A DNA stretch of 64,000 nt, taken from positions 327,961-391,960 of the forward strand of contig JAKQUI010000005.1 of NCBI GenBank assembly GCA_029562645.1, written 5' to 3'. Source of the DNA: Spirochaetota bacterium (GTDB lineage Bacteria; Spirochaetota; UBA4802; JAKQUI01). The notes under the pieces are model-generated. The model did not search any database and was not told the DNA's origin. It saw only the letters and a program-made list of their open reading frames with translations. This document shows, piece by piece, positions 18,677 through 29,725 of the stretch. How positions within the stretch are numbered: position 1 is the first letter of the stretch; every line of letters begins with the position of its first letter. Both the position numbers and the translations under genes were made by a program.

Positions 18677-21184
18677 ATGGCGCAGAAGAAAAAGGAGAAA
18701 AAACTCACCCCGTCCACCAATGAGTTCCAGGGCACGGACGTCGAATCGCTCCAGGTCTCGTTCGTGAATCATCTGGAGTACTCGTGCGCCAAGGACGAGT
18801 TTTCGGCCACCAAACACGACTGCTACACCAGCACCGCCCTCATGACGCGCGACCGGCTCATCGAGCGCTGGATCGAAACCCAGCAGTCCTATTACGCGGC
18901 GGACGCGAAGCGGGTCTACTACCTGTCGCTGGAGTTCCTCATGGGGCGCACGCTCGGCAACAGCCTCATCAACCTGGGGCTGTACGACAACGCCCACCGC
19001 GCGCTCGTGGATCTGGGCCACGATCTCGAGGAGTTGCGCGAAATCGAATGGGACGCCGGCCTGGGCAACGGGGGCCTCGGCCGCCTGGCCGCCTGTTTCA
19101 TGGATTCGATGGCCACGCTGGAGCTTCCCGCCTACGGGTACGGAATCCGCTACGAGTACGGGATCTTTTTCCAGAGCATCGTCGACGGCTACCAGGTGGA
19201 GACGCCCGACAACTGGCTCCGCTACGGAAACCCCTGGGAGTTTCCCCGCGCCGAGTACCTCTATCCGGTTCGGTTCTACGGGACCGTTGGTCATCACGCC
19301 GATCCGTCCGGCGCGCAGCGGTTCGAATGGACCGACGGGCAGATGGTGATGGCGATGGCCTACGACACGCCCATCCCCGGGTACAACAACAATACGGTGA
19401 ACAATATCCGGTTGTGGTCGGCGAAATCCACGCGGGAATTCAACCTGGAGTACTTCAACCACGGCGACTACGAGAAGGCCGTGTCGGACCAGGCCAACAG
19501 CGAAACGATATCGAAGGTGCTCTATCCCAAGGACGAGAGCTTCAAGGGAAAGGAGCTGCGGCTCAAGCAGGAGTATTTTTTCGTCTCGGCGACGCTCCAG
19601 GACATCATCCGCCGCTATAAGAAGATCCACGACTCCTTCGACGCCTTCCCCGACAAGGTGGCCATTCAGCTCAACGACACGCACCCGGCGATCGCCATCG
19701 CCGAGCTCATGCGCATCCTCATGGACGACGAGGGGATGGGCTGGGAGGCCGCCTGGGACATAACCGTGAAGACCTTCGCCTATACCAACCACACGGTGCT
19801 CCCGGAGGCGCTGGAGAAATGGCCCGTGGGGCTGGTCGAGTCGGTCCTGCCGCGGCACATCATGATCATCTATGAGATCAACCGCCGGTTCCTCGAGGAT
19901 ATCGCGGCGCGATACCCCGGCGACATGAACCGCCTCCATCGGATGTCCATCATCGAGGAGGGGGCCGTGAAGAACGTGCGGATGGCCAATCTCGCGATCG
20001 TGGGCAGCCATTCGGTGAACGGCGTCGCGGCGCTGCACACCGAGATCATCAAGAACAACATCTTTCGCGATTTCTTCGAATACTGGCCGCACAAGTTCAA
20101 CAACAAGACCAACGGCATCACGCAGCGTCGCTGGCTCAAGCTCTGCAATCCGGGGCTGGCCGGGCTCATCACCGAGGCGATCGGCGCCGGGTGGACGACC
20201 GACCTCTTCGAGCTCAAGAAGCTCGAACCGCTGGCCGGCGATGCGGCCTTCCAGGCGCAATGGGCGGCGGCCAAGCGGGTCAACAAGGAGCGCCTGGCCG
20301 AATACATCATGCGTAAAAACGGGGTGCGCGTAACGGTCGATTCCATCTTCGACTGCCACATCAAGCGGCTGCACGAATACAAGCGCCAGCTCCTCAAGGT
20401 GATGCACGTGGTCGCGCTGTACAACCGGATCAAGGCGAACCCCTCGGCGGCCATCACGCCGCGGACGGTGCTCTTCGCCGGCAAGTCGGCGCCGGGCTAC
20501 TACATGTCCAAGCTCATCATCAAGCTCATCAACTCCGTGGCGGACGTGGTGAACAATGATCCCGACGTGGCCGGGCGGCTCACGGTGCTATTTCTGGTCA
20601 ACTACTGCGTGTCCAACGCCGAGAAGATCATTCCCGCCGCGGACCTCTCGGAGCAGATCTCGACCGCGGGCTACGAGGCCTCGGGGACAGGCAACATGAA
20701 GTTCGCGCTCAACGGCGCGCTCACCGTGGGCACGCTCGACGGCGCCAATGTCGAGATCATGGAGGAGGTCGGGAGCGAGAACATCTACATCTTCGGCCTC
20801 ACGGCCGACCAGGTGGTGAGCACGCGGATCACCGGCTACAACCCGTGGGACTACTATCACAGGAACCCGGAGCTGAAGCGGGTGGTGGACATGATCGGCG
20901 GCGGCGCCTTCTCTCCGGGGCAGCCGGGGCTCTTCGCGCCCATCGTCGATTCCCTGCTCGCGCAGGGTGACCATTACCTGCTGATGGCCGATTTCGAGTC
21001 GTACCTGAATTGCCAGGACCGCGTGGCCCGCGACTATCTGGACCGGCCGGGCTGGGTGCGGAAATCGATCCTCAACGCCGCCCGGATCGGGAAGTTCTCG
21101 TCGGACCGGACGATCAAGGAATATGCCGACGAAATCTGGAAGGCGAAACCGGTACGCGTGAAAATCCGGCCTGATGCCACATAA
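18677..21184 (+). CDS. glgP: Glycogen/maltodextrin phosphorylase
   Basis: 835 aa. Phosphorylase hallmarks include EASGTGNMKFALNGALTVGTLDGANVEI (the PLP-Lys region). Confidence 0.9.
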   Translation: MAQKKKEKKLTPSTNEFQGTDVESLQVSFVNHLEYSCAKDEFSATKHDCYTSTALMTRDRLIERWIETQQSYYAADAKRVYYLSLEFLMGRTLGNSLINLGLYDNAHRALVDLGHDLEELREIEWDAGLGNGGLGRLAACFMDSMATLELPAYGYGIRYEYGIFFQSIVDGYQVETPDNWLRYGNPWEFPRAEYLYPVRFYGTVGHHADPSGAQRFEWTDGQMVMAMAYDTPIPGYNNNTVNNIRLWSAKSTREFNLEYFNHGDYEKAVSDQANSETISKVLYPKDESFKGKELRLKQEYFFVSATLQDIIRRYKKIHDSFDAFPDKVAIQLNDTHPAIAIAELMRILMDDEGMGWEAAWDITVKTFAYTNHTVLPEALEKWPVGLVESVLPRHIMIIYEINRRFLEDIAARYPGDMNRLHRMSIIEEGAVKNVRMANLAIVGSHSVNGVAALHTEIIKNNIFRDFFEYWPHKFNNKTNGITQRRWLKLCNPGLAGLITEAIGAGWTTDLFELKKLEPLAGDAAFQAQWAAAKRVNKERLAEYIMRKNGVRVTVDSIFDCHIKRLHEYKRQLLKVMHVVALYNRIKANPSAAITPRTVLFAGKSAPGYYMSKLIIKLINSVADVVNNDPDVAGRLTVLFLVNYCVSNAEKIIPAADLSEQISTAGYEASGTGNMKFALNGALTVGTLDGANVEIMEEVGSENIYIFGLTADQVVSTRITGYNPWDYYHRNPELKRVVDMIGGGAFSPGQPGLFAPIVDSLLAQGDHYLLMADFESYLNCQDRVARDYLDRPGWVRKSILNAARIGKFSSDRTIKEYADEIWKAKPVRVKIRPDAT

Positions 21185-21232
21185 CGTCCCGCGTGCGGCG
21201 ACGCGTCGTCCGCGGCGGTCGTTCCGGTCGCG

Positions 21233-22231
21233 TTATGCGAGCGCGGCGCGCTTCAGCTCATCCTCGCCGATGGGGCGCGCGATCGTCATGGTCCGCGGAT
21301 CATCCCCCCGCCGGAACACCTGAATGGCGTTGATCCCCTCCGGGCGTCCGTAGCGCAGCATGATCGAGCCGGCCAGGGCGAGCGTCGCCTCGTCGACGTC
21401 TCCCGTGAGGAGGGCGGTGGGTCCCTTGAAGTCCGGGACGAGGAGACAGTCGGCGCTGTCGCGAGCGCGCTCGAGCGCGCTCCCCTCCCGCTCGTTTCGC
21501 GCAACGATGAGCCGGGTGCGCTCGTTGAGCCGGAAATGGCGGCCCACGGAAAGCAGGTACACCGCGGCCAGGTCGTAGTCCGGCCGGTGCGCGAAAAGGT
21601 CGCGAAGGCGGCGCTCGTAATTGGCGTCGGTGAACAGGCAGCCGCCGGCGGGCGAGGCATAGTCCTCGATCTCGTAGCGCGCGGCGAGCTCCATCTGCCG
21701 GCGGCGCGATCGCCCGCTGATGTCGAGCAGGCGTTCGCGGTCCACGATTCCTTCGTCCTCTGCGACCGTCGGTTTCAGGAGCCTCGCGCTCAAGGGGCGC
21801 AATAAATACCCGTCGAGTCCCGACGCGTGTTCGATGTGGTTGAGCATGTGCCGCATCTGCGACATCGGCCGCTGGCCGACCACCTCGCCGGTCGCGACGA
21901 AGGCCGCGCCCGTGCGCTCCATCTCCTCCCGCGCGCGTTGCAGAAAAAATATCTTACAGTCGATGCACGGATTGATGTGCTTCCCGTACCCGTGCGCGGG
22001 GCGTTCGACCATGTCCATGTAGTCGCGCCCGCAGCGGATGTGCCGCAGCGAAAGTCCGATGCGCGCGGCCTGGCGCGCCGCGGCCGTGTCTGCGGGATCG
22101 GCATGCGGCGAAAAGAACGGGAGGACGAAGTGGAGTCCGATGAGTTCGATCCCCTGGTCCAGCAGAATCCGCGCGGCAAGCAGGCTGTCGAGTCCGCCGG
22201 AATAGAGGAGTATGCCGGTTCGCGGCGCCAT
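21233..22231 (-). CDS. PP-loop ATP pyrophosphatase, ThiI C-terminal-domain-like (no THUMP domain)
   Basis: LLYSGGLDSLLAA has a PP-loop SGGxDS. CIDCKIFFLQRAREEMERTGAAFVATGEVVGQRPMSQ parallels the ThiI CxxCK...TGEsLGQVASQ block. Confidence 0.5.
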   Translation of the reverse strand: MAPRTGILLYSGGLDSLLAARILLDQGIELIGLHFVLPFFSPHADPADTAAARQAARIGLSLRHIRCGRDYMDMVERPAHGYGKHINPCIDCKIFFLQRAREEMERTGAAFVATGEVVGQRPMSQMRHMLNHIEHASGLDGYLLRPLSARLLKPTVAEDEGIVDRERLLDISGRSRRRQMELAARYEIEDYASPAGGCLFTDANYERRLRDLFAHRPDYDLAAVYLLSVGRHFRLNERTRLIVARNEREGSALERARDSADCLLVPDFKGPTALLTGDVDEATLALAGSIMLRYGRPEGINAIQVFRRGDDPRTMTIARPIGEDELKRAALA

Positions 22232-23469
22232 CAGACCTCGTCGTGGTCGATGAGCTGGATGGTCACGCGGTCGCCGCGTTCGGCGCGGCGCATGTCGGCG
22301 GGGAGGATGATGAGGCAGTTGGCTCTGCTCATCGAGCGCAAAATCCCCGACCCCTGCGGGCCGGTGGTCCGCACGCGGAATTCCCCGTTTTCGATCGTGA
22401 ACACGCCGCGGATGAAGTGCACGCGTCCCGGCTTTTTGTCGATGGGCTCTTCGAGGATCGCGCGTACCAGCGGCTTGTCGCGTTTGCGCGCGCCCATGAG
22501 CGCCAGGAGCGCCGGCCGGACGAATTGGAGAAAGGCCACCTGTGTCGAGACGGGATTGCCGGGGAGGCCGAAGAAGAGCGTCGAATCCCGGCGACCGAAG
22601 ACGCAGGGCTTTCCGGGCTTCATGAGAATGGACTCGATGCTGATGTCGAAGCCGATCGACGCGAGCGCGTCGCGGACGAAATCATACCGGCCCATCGACA
22701 CCCCGCCGCTGGTGATGATGACGTCGTGCTCGGATGCGCGCGCCAGAAGGTCGCGGGTGGCTTCCAGCGTATCGGGGGCGATGCCCAGATAGGTTGGCTC
22801 CCCGCCGGTGCGGCGGACCTCCTCTCGGAGGATGTAGGCATTGCTATTGCGCACAACGCCATCGCGCGCCGGTGCGCCCACCTCGATCACCTCGTCGCCG
22901 GTGGAGATGATGGCGACGCGCGGGCGGCGCGCCACGCGGACGGTTGACGCATTGAGGGAGGCGAGCACGCCGATCTCAGAGGCGCGCAATCGCTCACCCG
23001 CCGTGAGGGTTACGGCGCCGCGCGGGATGTCCTCGCCGGCGCGGCGGATGTTCGACCCCATCGGGACGGCGTCGTATATCGAAACGGCGCCGTCAGTCTC
23101 GGCCGTGTCCTCGACCATGACCACCGTGTCCGCGCCGGGCGGAATGGGTGCGCCGGTCATGATCCGGACGGCCGATTCGGGATCGTCCAGACGGAGGAGA
23201 TCGCCGCCCGCACGAACCTCGCCGCGTACGGCGAGTCGCGCCGGGCGATCGCGCGTTGCGCCGGTGATATCGGCTGCGCGCACGGCGTATCCGTCCATGG
23301 CCGAGTTGTCGAATGCCGGGATGTCGGCGCCTGCGACGATGTCCTCGGCGAGGATACGGCCGCCGGCATCGACGAGGGAGACGGTCTCCGGCTCGAGGTG
23401 CGCCGTCGAACGGATGATAATGTCGATCGCGTCCTCGACCGATATCGAAGGCCTGCTGTTGGTGCTCAT
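22231..23469 (-). CDS. moeA: Molybdopterin molybdo/tungsto-transferase MoeA
   Basis: IPAFDNSAMDGYAVRAADI...GLPGNPVS matches the MoeA domain order. Confidence 0.85.
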   Translation of the reverse strand: MSTNSRPSISVEDAIDIIIRSTAHLEPETVSLVDAGGRILAEDIVAGADIPAFDNSAMDGYAVRAADITGATRDRPARLAVRGEVRAGGDLLRLDDPESAVRIMTGAPIPPGADTVVMVEDTAETDGAVSIYDAVPMGSNIRRAGEDIPRGAVTLTAGERLRASEIGVLASLNASTVRVARRPRVAIISTGDEVIEVGAPARDGVVRNSNAYILREEVRRTGGEPTYLGIAPDTLEATRDLLARASEHDVIITSGGVSMGRYDFVRDALASIGFDISIESILMKPGKPCVFGRRDSTLFFGLPGNPVSTQVAFLQFVRPALLALMGARKRDKPLVRAILEEPIDKKPGRVHFIRGVFTIENGEFRVRTTGPQGSGILRSMSRANCLIILPADMRRAERGDRVTIQLIDHDEV

Positions 23470-23534
23470 TCAGTCGCTCCGGCCGTATGGGTGCAGATGC
23501 GTTCGTCCCATGCAACAGGGGGCGGGGGGCGCTG

Positions 23535-24080
23535 TCAATTACTACTTGGTTCCGACGGACGATAGTGCGCGCGCAACAATTCCCGAAGCGCCGTCATGGC
23601 CTCGCGAAGCGTCCGTTGCAGGATGAAGTTCGAGATGCCCAGCTCGCGCATGAGCCGATTGTTCTTTTTCCGCTGATAAAATTTGCCAAGAATGAGCGAC
23701 CGCGCGCGGGGCGGCATCGAATCGATCGCGTCGTGCATCGTCGAGATCACCTCGCCCTCGAGATGTGCGTCCGCAACATCGTTGAAGAAACGCTCGTTGA
23801 GCGTGACCTCCTCCATCTGCAGCATGGTCTGATAGCGCCGCTCCACGCCCTGATGGCGCAGGTGGTCGCAGGCGATGTGGCGCGCGATGGTCAGGAGATA
23901 GCTCAGCGCCGTTGGATGGTCGGGGTCCAGCGCCTCCTTCCGGTTCAGCAGACGGATAAAGGTTTCCTGCGTGAGGTCTTCTGCGGCATGACGGTCGCGC
24001 AAAAAGCGGGACAGGAAGTCGAGCACGGCATTGGAATGGCGCGCATAGCAGGCGGCGATCGTCGCGGTGTACTCGTTCAT
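23535..24080 (-). CDS. ECF (sigma-70 family) RNA polymerase sigma factor
   Basis: Region 2 (DLTQETFIRLLNR) and region 4 HTH (LREAMTALRELL) are present. 181 aa. Confidence 0.8.
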   Translation of the reverse strand: MNEYTATIAACYARHSNAVLDFLSRFLRDRHAAEDLTQETFIRLLNRKEALDPDHPTALSYLLTIARHIACDHLRHQGVERRYQTMLQMEEVTLNERFFNDVADAHLEGEVISTMHDAIDSMPPRARSLILGKFYQRKKNNRLMRELGISNFILQRTLREAMTALRELLRAHYRPSEPSSN

Positions 24081-24303
24081 GGCATCTCCTCGAACGGCGC
24101 TAACGGTGTAGTGGTCGTGTGATTGGTCAATGCCGGCGGTCCAACGATGTTGCGCGTTAACCGCCAGCGTCTTTATGGGGAAAGCGTTTCCGAGGTTGTA
24201 TTTCTTTCAATAAAAATATTCACGCGGCGGAAAAAAGCGAGGAGGAATTTTTCATGATAGGAAAAAAATAATCACAAAAAATCCAGGGCAATCGTATAAA
24301 ATG

Positions 24304-26043
<1,740 letters not shown>

Positions 26044-26046
26044 CGG

Positions 26047-26508
26047 CTACTGCGCGCTCTCTTTATAGTAGAGGTCGATGTCGAACCCGCCGAAGGCGGA
26101 CTGGAAGGAGAGGTTCACGTTCTCGTAGAAGGTCTTGAGCGCGATGGGGTCCTCGTTGAACTCGGGGGCCGAGAGGCGGACATTGTGTTTGATGAACTGG
26201 AGCTGGTTGGCGAAGGTCCCCGTGATCATGTTCGCGATCTCGCCGGCGATCTCGCGATGGTGCTTGCGCACCGCGCGGGGGCTCACCGACGGCATGATCT
26301 TTTTGGTGAGCTGCGACAGCGTCTTCTCGGGGATGTTGATGACGATCTCGCCGGAGATGGTCCCCGCGAGCTCGATGCAGACGCGCGGATCGTTCTCGTG
26401 CGACTGCGCCTCGAACACCTCCGTGATGGTGTCGTCCTTGATGAAGTTCTTGAAGATGTGGTCCACCGAGCGCGCGATGTATCGGGAGTAGCGGTCGTTC
26501 TTGTCCAT
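26047..26508 (-). CDS. CheX/CheC-family chemotaxis phosphatase-like protein
   Basis: EIAGEIANMITGTFANQLQFIKHNVRLSAP fits the CheC/CheX active-site motif E-x2-N-x22-P. The start is at the internal Met MDKNDRY. It lies 3 nt upstream of the SSS gene. Confidence 0.55.
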   Translation of the reverse strand: MDKNDRYSRYIARSVDHIFKNFIKDDTITEVFEAQSHENDPRVCIELAGTISGEIVINIPEKTLSQLTKKIMPSVSPRAVRKHHREIAGEIANMITGTFANQLQFIKHNVRLSAPEFNEDPIALKTFYENVNLSFQSAFGGFDIDLYYKESAQ

Positions 26509-26910
26509 GGATCCTGCCGGTTTCGGTTCGGCGATTGCGCCGGAGTGCCGTTCCGTTGTGCGATGGCCGTGGAGAAATATCAAGCCTTTTCGCTCGCCCG
26601 CGCGCAATTTTCGGGGCCGGAAGGATTTCTCGCCCGCCGATTTAGAATTATGTCACATAATTGGCCGATGTGTCAGTTGTTCACAAGGTGACATATTCCG
26701 CGAATGTGCCGCCCGGCGGGATCGGGCCGCCGGATTCGAATGTCAATATAAAATGAGGCGCTCCGGGTCGCAGAAGAAATTTTTTTTACGGCTAAGTGCT
26801 GATGCCGTCAGGCCGTGCATATTTTATGTCTCATCGGAGGCGTCAGGCCCACAATGCAAAAGTTGCTTAGTGAAATTTCTTTATCAAAATATTTAAATTA
26901 TATATATAAT

Positions 26911-26940
26911 TGTGGACACTGTGGATAATATTGTGGACAA
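26911..26940. promoter_or_regulatory. Cluster of three DnaA-box-like 9-mers (TGTGGACAC, TGTGGATAA, TGTGGACAA) beside a 26-nt pure A/T tract
   Basis: TGTGGATAA is the reverse complement of the consensus DnaA box TTATCCACA. The neighbouring two differ by 1-2 nt. The cluster is embedded in a roughly 300-bp A+T-rich intergenic island (26690-27000). Confidence 0.5.
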
Positions 26941-27109
26941 GTTTGATAAATAAATAGGCATTCTCTCATTTATGATGATAAATATCGCTACACATAGTCT
27001 CACGCTGCATGTGCAACCGGGATGCGTCGGTCACGTTATCGGCAATACGACGATGCATGGGCGGTTTTTCGCGTTGGATGAAATGGCGATGATGACGTAT
27101 GCCGACGGA

Positions 27110-27894
27110 TTAGGCGCGATTGAGATCGTAGAGGAGCTTGATGCCCTTCAGGGTGAGATGCGGGTCGACGCGCGCGTCAAGGGTGGCGTGGGCGGCGATG
27201 ATGTCCGCATAGCCGCCGGTGAGCACGGTGGTGAAGGCGGTGCCGCAGCTGCGCTCGATGCGTTGCACCACGCCCTCCACCAGCGAAAGCCAGCCATAGA
27301 AGACGCCCGCCGCGACCGCGTCCGCCGTATTGCGCGCGATGGGCGTGCCCGGATCGCGGAACTCGGCGCGGGGCAGGCGCGAGGTGCGCTCGGCCAGCGC
27401 GTCGATGCAGATCCCCGCGCCCGGCGCGATGAGGCCGCCCTCGAAATCGCCGTTCGCGCGAAGGACGCAGAAGGTGATGGCCGTCCCCAGGTCCACGATC
27501 ACGCAATCGCTGGCGTACTCGCGGCGGGCCGCGGCGGCGTTCGCGATGCGGTCGGCGCCGAGCTGGGACGGGTCGTCGTAGCACAGGCGGACGTTTAGGC
27601 GGATCGCGTGCGAGACATCGAATGCATCGCAGGAACAGAGCGAGCGTGCGGCCGCATGATAGGCGGCGTTGAGCTCCGGGACCACGCTCGAACAGGCCAG
27701 GGCGCCTACGGCGTCAGTGGAGCCGCTCTCCGCGCGATACGCCGCGAGGGCGGCTTCGATGTCGCGGATCAGATCGTCGGGGGTTGCGTTTTTTCGGGTC
27801 GCATAGCGCCGTGTCGCATGCGGCGCGGGATCGTCGTCGTGAAAAAATCCCAGGGTGGTGTTGGTGTTGCCTATATTCGCGCCGAGAAGCATCA
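27110..27894 (-). CDS. coaX: Type III pantothenate kinase (CoaX/Baf)
   Basis: MLLGANIGNTNTTLGFF...IVDLGTAITFCVL...GGLIAPG matches CoaX motifs. Its start ATG overlaps the stop of the HEAT-repeat gene (TGATG). Confidence 0.8.
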
Positions 27895-28923
27895 CTCCGC
27901 GGCTTTTTCCAGGCGCGTCTTGAGCGAGTTGTACGCCCGGATGGCCTCCAGACGGACGTTCTTGTTGGTGTCCTTCATCGCCTTCTCGATGCCGCGAAGC
28001 GCGCCGGGATGGAAGAGCTTTTCGAGCGTTTTTACGGCCTCCAGGCGGACGTCGTAGAACGGGTCCTCGACGAGCTTGTTGACCGTATCGACGGCCGTCT
28101 TGTCGCGGAGCTGGCCGACGGCGCGCAGGGACTCCAGGCGGATGTTCTTGTACTCGTCCATGCAGGATTTGTGGAGCAGCGGCGCGCCCTCCTTGATCTT
28201 CAGCCGGCCGATGTTGATGACGGTCTCGAGGCGGACGGACTCGTTCTCCGTCATCTTTTTCACCAGCAGCATGAACGGCGCGTCGGTCACGGCGTTGAGC
28301 GCCTTTTCGGTGCCGACCTGCCGGAGCGCGGCGTCGGCGGCCCGGCGCACCTCGCCGTGATTGTCCACGAGCGAACCGATGAGCGGATCGACACACACCT
28401 CCCCGCCGACGGCGCCCAGCGCCTTGGTCGCCTCGAGGCGGATCTGGAACTTCTTGTCGTCCAGGCAGTCGATGAGGTGCTTGATCGAGTACCGGTCCTT
28501 GATGGCGCCCATGGTGCGTATCGACTGGATGCGCACCACCTGGTTCTTGTCGTTGAGCGCGAGATACAGGATCTTCGATATCTCGGCATTGTCGGTCTGC
28601 CCGCGCCCGCCCAGGACGCGCAGCGCCTCGATCTTCTCGGTCTGGGAGCCGGTGATGATGATATCGCGGAGGTTCGTCAGCGTCTTCGGATCGGTGATCT
28701 CGCCGAACTTGAGCGTCGCGATGGTCTTGACCCGTTCGTCCGGATCGTCGATCATGGGGCGCAGGCGGGACAGCACGTACTCGTCGCGCTTGCGCGAGAG
28801 CGCCAGGAGCGCCCCCAGGCGGATTTTCGGCTTGCGGTGGCCCAGGAGCTTGAGCAGGCCGTCAACATCGTCGTTGTCGATGAGTTTCTCGATATTCGGT
28901 CCGAAGAGTCCCATTGCCGCCAC
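27892..28923 (-). CDS. HEAT-repeat (PBS-lyase-like) protein
   Basis: Repeated about 30-aa units xxRxxAxxALGxIGDxxAVxxLxxLLxD (for example DERVKTIATLKFGEI, NQVVRIQSIRTMGAI). Confidence 0.7.
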   Translation of the reverse strand: MAAMGLFGPNIEKLIDNDDVDGLLKLLGHRKPKIRLGALLALSRKRDEYVLSRLRPMIDDPDERVKTIATLKFGEITDPKTLTNLRDIIITGSQTEKIEALRVLGGRGQTDNAEISKILYLALNDKNQVVRIQSIRTMGAIKDRYSIKHLIDCLDDKKFQIRLEATKALGAVGGEVCVDPLIGSLVDNHGEVRRAADAALRQVGTEKALNAVTDAPFMLLVKKMTENESVRLETVINIGRLKIKEGAPLLHKSCMDEYKNIRLESLRAVGQLRDKTAVDTVNKLVEDPFYDVRLEAVKTLEKLFHPGALRGIEKAMKDTNKNVRLEAIRAYNSLKTRLEKAAE

Positions 28924-29062
28924 CTGATGGTATGTTTTCTTTTAGTGCCCCGCCGTCGCGGCATTTTGTCAATTGATTTTCAGTAAAATTATTTTTGACA
29001 GGCCGTATCGGCGATGCGCGCAATGGATGGCGCGGAACGGAGAGAAAAGGGAGGAGAAACGC

Positions 29063-29722
29063 ATGGGGGGTGATACGCTGCTGACGCTCGTGGGGATTTT
29101 CGGCGCCTCGTTCGCGGTCGCCTTTTCCGGCGCGCTCATGCCGGGTCCGCTCCTCGCGGTCACCGTTCGGGAGGCCGCAGCGCGCGGGTTTTGGGCCGGT
29201 CCGATCCTCATCGCCGGTCATGCGATCCTCGAGTGTGCGCTCGTGGCGCTTTTGCTCGTGGGGCTCGGCGCGCTCCTCGCGACGGATGCGGCCTTCGGCG
29301 TCATCGGCGCCGCCGGGGCGCTGGTGATGCTGTGGATGGCGTATGGGATGTTTCGCGCGCTTCCCGAACTCCGCATCTCGAGCGGGGACGGGACCTCGTC
29401 GGGGATGCATCCGGTCCTCGCGGGGATCGTCATGAGCGTGGCCAATCCGTACTGGAGCATCTGGTGGGCCACCATCGGCCTGGGTTATATCACGTACTCC
29501 ATGCGGGAAGGGGCGCTGGGCGTGGCCTCGTTTTTTACCGGGCACATCCTCGCGGATCTCGCCTGGTATTCCTTCGTGGCCTTCGGCATCGCCCGGGGAC
29601 GGCGCTTCATCGGCGATCGCGCATATCGTGCGCTCATCGGGGTGTGCGCCGTTGCCCTGGTCGTCTTCGCGCTCTGGTTCGGGCTCGCCGGGGCGCGGCG
29701 GCTGATGGCGCTGGCGCTGTAG
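29063..29722 (+). CDS. LysE/RhtB-family amino-acid exporter
   Basis: MGGDTLLTLVGIFGASFAVAFSGALMPGPLLAVTV... is six-TM and LysE-like. The start is at the internal Met. Confidence 0.7.
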   Translation: MGGDTLLTLVGIFGASFAVAFSGALMPGPLLAVTVREAAARGFWAGPILIAGHAILECALVALLLVGLGALLATDAAFGVIGAAGALVMLWMAYGMFRALPELRISSGDGTSSGMHPVLAGIVMSVANPYWSIWWATIGLGYITYSMREGALGVASFFTGHILADLAWYSFVAFGIARGRRFIGDRAYRALIGVCAVALVVFALWFGLAGARRLMALAL

Positions 29723-29725
29723 CCG

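Noticed and set aside
18575-20407. 610-aa minus-strand ORF
   Set aside because: It is antisense to glgP. It is spurious.
26725-26745. TTCGAATCC word resembling a tRNA T-loop
   Set aside because: There are no flanking T-stem, acceptor stem or anticodon arm complementarities. No other tRNA-like structures were found in the intergenic regions inspected.
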